A stretch of DNA of 64,000 nt from Naegleria gruberi. Taxonomy: Eukaryota. Shown here in pieces: positions 56,963 through 64,000 of this stretch. How positions within the stretch are numbered: the stretch's first letter is position 1; the number at the start of each line of letters is the position of its first letter. The position numbers and the translations under genes are program-made. The notes beneath the pieces are model-generated. The model was not told the DNA's origin and did not search any database. It saw nothing but the letters and a program-made list of their open reading frames with translations. The stretch is taken from assembly GCA_000004985.1 (NCBI GenBank), contig GG738880.1. One strand, 5' to 3'.

Positions 56963-58645
56963 ATGACTCAACAAGCAGCAGAAGAAGAAATCACACTCGT
57001 TGTGAATGACAATGATTCGGGAGTTGTAGCTGTTGAAGATCAACAACATTCCGAACAGCAAAAACAATTAACCGCCATTGATAATTATTCTCTTAATAAT
57101 AATGATCAGAACCTCATTGGATTCAAGCCAATTACATTAGATTCCAACCTCCGATATCGAAATAAGAAATTCAAAGCAGAGTTGAATGGTGATTTTCTGA
57201 TATTGCGAAATTTGGAGGGAAAGAAGAGCAACGACAATTTGGTGCCTCTCTTGACGATTGAAATGGAATCTATATTTGCTGTTCATAAGAAAACGGATCA
57301 ACCTCTTGTGTTTGTTGTGTTTACATTTAGGGCAAAGGATTGTAAGAAGATTGTTTATGAATTTGAGGCTTTGGGGAATGAAGAATGTGCAGAGTGGGTT
57401 GATAGTATTAGATCGAATGCTTTTAAAACTAATTTAATCATGTCGGGATCTAAATCATTTGGAAATCGTAGAGTTTTGCTTTTTATTAATCCATTCAGTG
57501 GAAAGAAGACTGGAACCAAGATTTTTGAGAAACAAATCAAGCCAATGCTTGATGTTGCTCATCTTTCATATGATGCAATTATTACAGAGAGGGCAGATCA
57601 TGCATTTGAGTTTTGTTCTACCTCTGATAAGATTTTGGAATATACAGATATTTGTGGAATGGGAGGAGATGGTATTATTTATGAAATAATCAACGGAATT
57701 GGAAAGAGAAAGGATTGGAAGAATGTATTTGATCGTGTCAGGATTGGTCATATTCCAGGAGGAACTTCCAATGCTTTGGCTGTATTTTCTGGATCTCAAG
57801 TTAAAAGTGGAAAGCCAGCAGTTCCTGAAATGGCCGCCTTTATTATCGCCAGAGGGTTCCATCAACCTATGGATCTTTTATCCTGTTTTCAAGAGGCCAA
57901 TAAGAGATACATCTCATTCCTGAGTATTACTTGGAGTGCTATTGCAGATGTGGATATTGGCACTGAAAATATGAGATGGCTGGGTGCAGCCAGAAACACG
58001 GTCGGAGCTATCAAACAAATTATGAACAAGAAGGCATACAGAGGAAAGCTTAAATATGTTCAACAATCTCAAGAATTGAAACGTGTAAAATCTCTGAAAA
58101 ACATTCGAGAGAATGAACAAAGGTATTCATCCTATACAGAGAGTAGTATTGAATTTTTACAAGGAAAGGAAAATGAAAAGGGTCAACTAAGTTGTCCACT
58201 CTTGGAACAATATTTCCATGAGGAATTTAAGAAATTGGCTCCAGAATATTGTTCTGAAAAGGAACCAAATATCACTGAGGATTCCACCAATTCTCACTTG
58301 GAAGTCAAAGAAATTGAGGACAGATTTTGCATGTTCCTGGCCGCCAATATTTCACACATTTCCTTTGATTTCATTGCCTCACCAATGGCTCACCATCATG
58401 ATGGTTACATTGATTTGGTCTATGTGAAGGATGACATTTCAAGAGGAGATTTCCTCAATATCTTTTTGGCAGCAGAGAAGGGAGATCATATTTTTGAAAA
58501 GTGTGTTGATTTGTCGAAAGTGAAGGCATTCATGCTTACACCAATTGATACTGGATCGTTTGTTGTTGTGGATGGAGAGGCTGTTGATTATAGTCCAATA
58601 CTTGTAGAGGTTCATCCTTCTTGTTGTAAACTTTTAACTTTGTAA
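56963..58645 (+). CDS. Sphingosine kinase-like lipid kinase (DAGK catalytic domain)
   Basis: Motifs are RVLLFINPFSGKK, CGMGGDGIIYEIINGI and GHIPGGTSNALA. Confidence 0.75.
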   Translation: MTQQAAEEEITLVVNDNDSGVVAVEDQQHSEQQKQLTAIDNYSLNNNDQNLIGFKPITLDSNLRYRNKKFKAELNGDFLILRNLEGKKSNDNLVPLLTIEMESIFAVHKKTDQPLVFVVFTFRAKDCKKIVYEFEALGNEECAEWVDSIRSNAFKTNLIMSGSKSFGNRRVLLFINPFSGKKTGTKIFEKQIKPMLDVAHLSYDAIITERADHAFEFCSTSDKILEYTDICGMGGDGIIYEIINGIGKRKDWKNVFDRVRIGHIPGGTSNALAVFSGSQVKSGKPAVPEMAAFIIARGFHQPMDLLSCFQEANKRYISFLSITWSAIADVDIGTENMRWLGAARNTVGAIKQIMNKKAYRGKLKYVQQSQELKRVKSLKNIRENEQRYSSYTESSIEFLQGKENEKGQLSCPLLEQYFHEEFKKLAPEYCSEKEPNITEDSTNSHLEVKEIEDRFCMFLAANISHISFDFIASPMAHHHDGYIDLVYVKDDISRGDFLNIFLAAEKGDHIFEKCVDLSKVKAFMLTPIDTGSFVVVDGEAVDYSPILVEVHPSCCKLLTL

Positions 58646-58674
58646 ATACAAGATTGATTCAACACCACACTATT

Positions 58675-59358
58675 TTATTGTTGAGGTTTGGACAGATTTA
58701 CAATTTCTTCAAGTAAATTTTCAAATGGCAAAATAGCTTCTGGTTGAATTTCCATATTGTCTCTGTTTTCATGGAGCATGATAAGACTCTTTTCAATGGC
58801 ATTCTTGGCCTTTTCCAAAGATTCTCTTCTTGCATTCAAATCAGATGATTCCATTGCTAGTTCTCTATAAAGTTTGGCAAGGAAATAATTTGCCTTTGGT
58901 TGAAATTCAACAGCATTAATAATTAAATCATCCATTTCTTCTGCAGTTGTGTAAACTTCTGGAATTTTAGTTAATTCAATAACGTGCTCCAAGTGTGGAA
59001 TGGCTTCCAATTTTCTATTCAATTCAAATGCAAGAATATATCCAATTTGAAGCATTGCAAAAATTGAATCTGGTTTCATTTCCACAATTTCCTGATAAAC
59101 TTTAATAGCTTCCTCGAATCTTCCAAGTTTTTGATTAGTTATGGCCTTTGATGAGAGTTGTCCTAATTTTTGAACTGCCAAAAATTCCTTTCTTCTCTTT
59201 TCTTGTTGTTCCGATGTTGATGATGATGAAGAATATTTCTTTGCATTATTAGAACAAGAATTATTAATAATTAAATGATGAGAGTAAAATAAATTCTTTT
59301 TAATGTGATAATTTTTCACAACAGCTGATGTGAAACACCTTGAACCAATTCTAAACAT
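58675..59358 (-). CDS. TPR-repeat protein with an N-terminal presequence-like region (227 aa)
   Basis: MFRIGSRCFTSAVVKNY is followed by TPR-like helices (GRFEEAIKVYQEIVEMKPDS...). Confidence 0.5.
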   Translation of the reverse strand: MFRIGSRCFTSAVVKNYHIKKNLFYSHHLIINNSCSNNAKKYSSSSSTSEQQEKRRKEFLAVQKLGQLSSKAITNQKLGRFEEAIKVYQEIVEMKPDSIFAMLQIGYILAFELNRKLEAIPHLEHVIELTKIPEVYTTAEEMDDLIINAVEFQPKANYFLAKLYRELAMESSDLNARRESLEKAKNAIEKSLIMLHENRDNMEIQPEAILPFENLLEEIVNLSKPQQ

Positions 59359-59458
59359 TTTTTTTGATTTGTTTTGTAATCTTTATTCCTACTTTGAATA
59401 AATTGTTATTTCACATTGCGAAAAAGTTGGGTGTTGGTTAGTATTATTTACAAGTTTC

Positions 59459-60811
59459 TTAAAGGAAATATTGAGAAACATCAAAACTGGACTCATCACC
59501 ACCATTGATAGAGGTTGCCACTTTGAAATCTCCATTGCCATTCTTTGGCTTGATGAGTTTCATTGTACTCTTGTGGAGTTTACTATCCACAGTGCATTCT
59601 CTTGCGTGTGAAGGAGCATCTTCAAATATATTGAAAAACATGTTCAATTCCTGGTCAATTTCCAGAACTGATGCCTTATTACCACATCGATAACAGTAAT
59701 TTGGTGCGCTCCACACTGTACTGAGTCTATCATCGAAGAGTAATCGATAGCCAGCATCACACAATTGGTGAGCTCTGCACATGTGAATGGCACTATTGAA
59801 ATGGAGGAACTTTTTAACAATATCACCTCCGAATAAATAGCCAGCCCCTCTTGAATTATTAGTTCCGAATCCTTCACGATCTGGATCTGGATCAGACCAC
59901 AATAAATCCACAAGTGGACCCTCCATTCCAGGTTCTCCAAATCTATCCAAAACTCTTATCTGATCCAGAGAGGTAATTGCAGGAGAAAGTCCACCATGTA
60001 CACAGAAAATCTTTTCATCCACCAATGCAGCCACTGTTAAATAATCAAAAAGATCAGTAAAATAATTCCAAGTATTTGGACTTCCATAATATTCCATACA
60101 TTCCTTATAAAAACCATAAGTTCTAGAAATTCCTCTAGTTTCATGATTACCTCTCAATAGAGTAATCCTTTGTGGCCACTTTAATTTATAACACAGCAGT
60201 AAACTCATTGTCAATACAGAGTGTTTTCCTCTATCCACATAATCTCCCAAAAACAAGTAATTAGTATTCGGTAAAGGTCCTCCAACTCTAAACATTTCAA
60301 TTACATCCCAAAATTGACCGTGAATGTCTCCAACAACTGTAACAGGAGATGAAACTCTCACAATATTACTTTCATTCATCAAAACTTCCTGTGCCTTGAT
60401 ACATAATTGTTTAATTTCAATTTCTCTCAAAGGAATTCCCTTCTCCAATCTTTCAATACAACTGTTTATAAAATCCGATGAATTTCCACCTATTGATGAT
60501 GATGTAGTATTCATCATCGTCATCATATTATTATTATTAATTAATTGTGATGAACATGAAATACAAGAAGCCTCTGATGAATAATTAGCATCACAGGAAG
60601 GCTCTATAGCTGTACAATAATCAACATTTCCCAAATTCCTTGCCCAGGTAAATGGCGATTGGTGTAATGTTGAAACTCTATTCAATATTTGCTGATAGGA
60701 AGAGTTTGTAGTTTTTAGTTGGTTGAAGATTTTAATAGAGTCGGGATCTTCTTCGATAGTTTGATTGGTGGATTTCTTCTTTCTTCCGTAGGCAGGAGTG
60801 GGTGAGGACAT
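59459..60811 (-). CDS. PPP-family Ser/Thr protein phosphatase catalytic subunit (PP2A-type) with a ~130-aa N-terminal extension
   Basis: Motifs are GDIHGQFWD, GDYVDRG, LLRGNHE, HGG and SAPNYCYRCGN. Confidence 0.8.
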   Translation of the reverse strand: MSSPTPAYGRKKKSTNQTIEEDPDSIKIFNQLKTTNSSYQQILNRVSTLHQSPFTWARNLGNVDYCTAIEPSCDANYSSEASCISCSSQLINNNNMMTMMNTTSSSIGGNSSDFINSCIERLEKGIPLREIEIKQLCIKAQEVLMNESNIVRVSSPVTVVGDIHGQFWDVIEMFRVGGPLPNTNYLFLGDYVDRGKHSVLTMSLLLCYKLKWPQRITLLRGNHETRGISRTYGFYKECMEYYGSPNTWNYFTDLFDYLTVAALVDEKIFCVHGGLSPAITSLDQIRVLDRFGEPGMEGPLVDLLWSDPDPDREGFGTNNSRGAGYLFGGDIVKKFLHFNSAIHMCRAHQLCDAGYRLLFDDRLSTVWSAPNYCYRCGNKASVLEIDQELNMFFNIFEDAPSHARECTVDSKLHKSTMKLIKPKNGNGDFKVATSINGGDESSFDVSQYFL

Positions 60812-61038
60812 TTTCTAATTAGTTAAATATTAGTTAAATAGTTAAATAGTTAAAGTATTTAAATGATGAAGAAGGAATGGATGATTTATATATTTTGTAC
60901 AATGAATTGATGATTCAGAAGAGCAACAGGTTTTGGCTTGTTGCTATTTTTTTTTAATATTTTGTTGTTACTTTAAATACTATTTAATATTTAAATATAT
61001 TTTTACAATAATATTATTCAAGAGGTAGAGAATCAACT

Positions 61039-62031
61039 TTACTCAGCATTGTCCTCCACATGTTTTAAAATAATTTCATAAATTTTGAATAACAAATTTG
61101 GAGAAACAATCTTTTCATCCTCAATTCTTGTAAGGAAATTGGAAAATACTTTCGGTATGGCAAAGTAAGTATTCGATTTAGCATTGGCGGTATTTGTTGC
61201 TGGAGTTGGAGTGTTTGCTTGCTTTTTGTCTCCCTTTTGATCAATCTCAATCAAATGTTTGAGGAATTTTCTCAGTTGACTTGCATTTTCTCCCACAACT
61301 TTATCAGCCGAATCAATAGTTGCAAATTTAATCTTACACCAATCGTGAATGGCTTGATAGAAAATTCCTGACGACAATTCAGATGCCATGTTTGGTAAAA
61401 ATTCATTGATCATGAAATTTAAATCCCATCCACTAATTATTTCAGGAGAGAATGAATCTTCCTGACTTTCCACAATGTATTTCCTCAAATTATCAATCTT
61501 GGAATAATCTTCGTGATCCTTTGCGAGATTCTCTGAGAAATTTTGCACAATGAATGGCCACATATTCACATTCAAATAATCATCGTGAATGCAATCCAAT
61601 ATTCTACTCTTCACTTTTGGGGAACACTCAAATAGTGTGAGCAATGTGAGAATAATCCTAAAATCAGTCATTGATAAATCTCTCGTCAATGAAACTCCAT
61701 AAATTAATTGTAGAAATGTAATGACAATGAAGGATGGCAAAAAGAAGGTAATTTCCTTCTTATCCGGTGATAGTGCCATCACTTTGGAAATATCCTCCCT
61801 CCTACTCGTAGCAATATCATCATTAAATAATTGTTTAAAAACAGATGCTGATTCGGAAAGTTTTTCCATGTTTAAATAAAAGACTCTATCCTTTACTTGT
61901 TCACTTAAAATTCCAAGTTGATCATACTCTGTCTTACAAATACATTTAATATCCTTCTCGGGTGTTGCTGAGTGATCATTCCAGCCAGCACATGTGAATG
62001 AAGTGTGCGGAAGGTAAACTTTTCCTGGCAT
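61039..62031 (-). CDS. Hypothetical protein (330 aa)
   Basis: It is a clean ORF with typical codon usage and no recognisable domain. Confidence 0.4.
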   Translation of the reverse strand: MPGKVYLPHTSFTCAGWNDHSATPEKDIKCICKTEYDQLGILSEQVKDRVFYLNMEKLSESASVFKQLFNDDIATSRREDISKVMALSPDKKEITFFLPSFIVITFLQLIYGVSLTRDLSMTDFRIILTLLTLFECSPKVKSRILDCIHDDYLNVNMWPFIVQNFSENLAKDHEDYSKIDNLRKYIVESQEDSFSPEIISGWDLNFMINEFLPNMASELSSGIFYQAIHDWCKIKFATIDSADKVVGENASQLRKFLKHLIEIDQKGDKKQANTPTPATNTANAKSNTYFAIPKVFSNFLTRIEDEKIVSPNLLFKIYEIILKHVEDNAE

Positions 62032-62040
62032 TTTTTTCTA

Positions 62041-64000
62041 TCATCTTCTTACAATATCGAGCACTAGCTGTCTGATATCACTTAACCTGGTTGGCTTTGA
62101 CATGAAGTATTTTACACCATTGTTTAAGAGTTGTTCCTCTTCCTTCTTATTTACAATGTTTGCTGTGAGGAGTACAATGTTTGGAGCATTTTCTTTACAG
62201 GTTTCATGAATGATTCGAGACGTGTCAAACCCATCGAGTCCATCCATGAAAAGATCTAAAAAGATAATGTTAAAGCAGCTATTCTTGACATATTTGATAG
62301 CTTCCTCACCACTTGAAGCTATTGAAATCTTTTGTAATCCAAGTTTGATTAGCATGTGTGAGAGAACCTTTGAATTAATCATGTTATCATCCACAATGAG
62401 AACAGAAAAGTGACCAGCAATGCTCAGTAATTCGTCCTCAGGTACAATTGATCGTTTCTCTATAGGTTTGACCTCTTCAATTAGGTGCGATTTGAGGGCC
62501 TGTGTAAAATCGGCAAGTTTGAAAATTGGCTTGCTTAAATATGGACCTTCTTTCAGGCAAGAAAATTGAACCATGGAAGGCAGTATATGAATCTTGTTGT
62601 GATTCAATGGCAAGTTCAATTCATGACAAATACTTTCAACATTCGAAGATTGTAAAGCTTCCAATAAATTTAAATCCACCACTATTATTAGCTTATCCAA
62701 ACTGTCCAATTTAGATAATGAGCCTTCTAAGGATTCAATAAGTGATTGTTTTGAATTGCATATTACGAAATTCTCCTCTTCATTGTAACCCGTTGCAACA
62801 TTGAAACCCCTGGAGAAATTTTTCAAACTCTGTGAAAATAAATCATTCCTATCCAGTACCATATATTGAGTATTGCGAGGAGAGCTTGTATTCTTCCACT
62901 TTGAAAAAAAGTTTACATGTTTGGAGTTATTCTTTTCCATGTTGGCACGATCTTCAAGTGAAAGTTCCTCAATTTCCTTGAAAGTTGTCTTACATGTAAA
63001 GATGAATTTTGATCCCTTATTTAATCCTTCACTTTCTGCCTTCAAGCTTCCCCCGAGCGCGTTTGAAATCATTTTTGAAATGGAGACACCTAGACCTGTT
63101 CCTTTTGGTGCATGCTGGGTGTTAAATTGGAGGAATGGTTGGCCAATTTTTGTTAAATTTTCCTTTTCAATTCCAATACCCGTATCACAAACTTGAATTT
63201 AATGTCTATGAATAATGATATTATAAATATTACAAACCTTCTATTTCCAAGTGGGCTTGTTCAGCATCAATTTTGACCAATTGTACACCAATATAAATAT
63301 AGCCAACCTCTGTAAATTTCACAGCATTAGACAATAAATTGAGTACAACTTGCTTTAGTCTCCCTTTATCACTATTTAGAATTATATTAAAAGGAAAATC
63401 TGGTTTGTAGTCAACTATGAGATCAAGTTTCTTTTTTGTACATTCCAAAACTACAAGGTCAATAACCTCTTCAATTGGTTCATTAGCATAAAAATATTCT
63501 GAATTGAGTTTCATATGTTGCTCCAATTTCATTAAATCGAGAAAATCATTTATCAATGAGAGCATAGTCTCTCCACTATTCTTAATCATGGTCAGATATT
63601 CATAATGCTCATTACTGATATTCACTGATGATCCAAGTAATAAATCAGAAAGACCCAAAACGCACACAAGTGGAGTACGTAGATCATGTGATGTATTTCT
63701 CAAAAATTGCTCCTTCTCCATAATGACTTTCTCTGATATTTTTCGTTGCTCCAACAATTCTTGCTCCACTTTTCTTCTCTGTTCCACTTCCTCTTTAAGT
63801 TTAATATTGCTACGTAATAGCTCCTCGGTTCTTTGCTCGATCCTTTGTTCGAGATTTAAATTTGCCAACTTGAGTTTTTCCTTTGCCTCTTCTCTTTCCA
63901 AATAATACTGCCAAGAAACAATGATCGTGGAACAGGTTGTGCAAATTGGCTCCAAGAATGAAATATCCTCCTCACGAAATCCTCCTTCTTTATTGGCCAA
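62041..64000 (-). CDS. Hybrid histidine kinase (HisKA + HATPase_c + receiver domain), 3' part; the N-terminus lies beyond the window end
   Basis: Proposed model is join(62041..63191, 63238..64000) on the minus strand with a 46-nt GT..AG intron. The H-box is RNTSHDLRTPL. The spliced junction gives LEIEVCDTGIGI (G1 box). The G2 box is GTGLGVSISK. The receiver domain reads VLIVDDNMINSKV...IIFLDLFMDGLDG. Confidence 0.75.

Noticed and set aside
1-64000. Search for prokaryote-style systems (CRISPR arrays, operons, defence islands, integrases)
   Set aside because: Splice signals, pol III tRNA genes with oligo-T terminators, F-box/LRR, copine, tubulin and PP2A genes make this unambiguously eukaryotic nuclear DNA. 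No direct-repeat/spacer arrays or transposase/RT ORFs are present.

Overview
This is a eukaryotic nuclear window, not prokaryotic. The coding sequence is AT-rich with N/Q/S/T/H homopolymer tracts, start codons sit after A-runs, and introns are GTAAGT/GTAGGT...TAG and only 37–70 nt long. The gene content includes hybrid histidine kinases, an ACG-type transmembrane adenylyl cyclase, F-box/LRR proteins, and a TKL receptor kinase with Pmp-type beta-helix repeats. Together these point to a dictyostelid-like social amoeba (Amoebozoa), with a somewhat lower AT content than D. discoideum. The window is very gene-dense, with about 32 protein-coding genes on both strands. Many have recognisable products: an alpha-tubulin 3' end, SAM-domain protein, F-box/LRR proteins, a tail-anchored P-loop GTPase, a copine-like vWA protein, an M3 metallopeptidase homologue with a degenerate zinc site, cysteine dioxygenase, a divergent kinase-like protein, a receptor-like TKL kinase, an EEP nuclease, a SEP-UBX protein, a class III cyclase, a cytosolic carboxypeptidase, sphingosine kinase, a PP2A-type phosphatase and a hybrid histidine kinase. 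There are two tRNA loci. One is an intact tRNA-Asn(GTT). The other is a tRNA-Gly(GCC) gene split in its T-loop (B box) by a ~0.74 kb repeat-rich AT-rich insertion flanked by an 8-bp direct duplication; this is the most unusual structure in the window. There are no CRISPR arrays, no operon-like systems and no obvious autonomous transposon ORFs (RT or transposase). All gene models are hand-derived from the ORF track and splice-motif reading, so exon boundaries are approximate.
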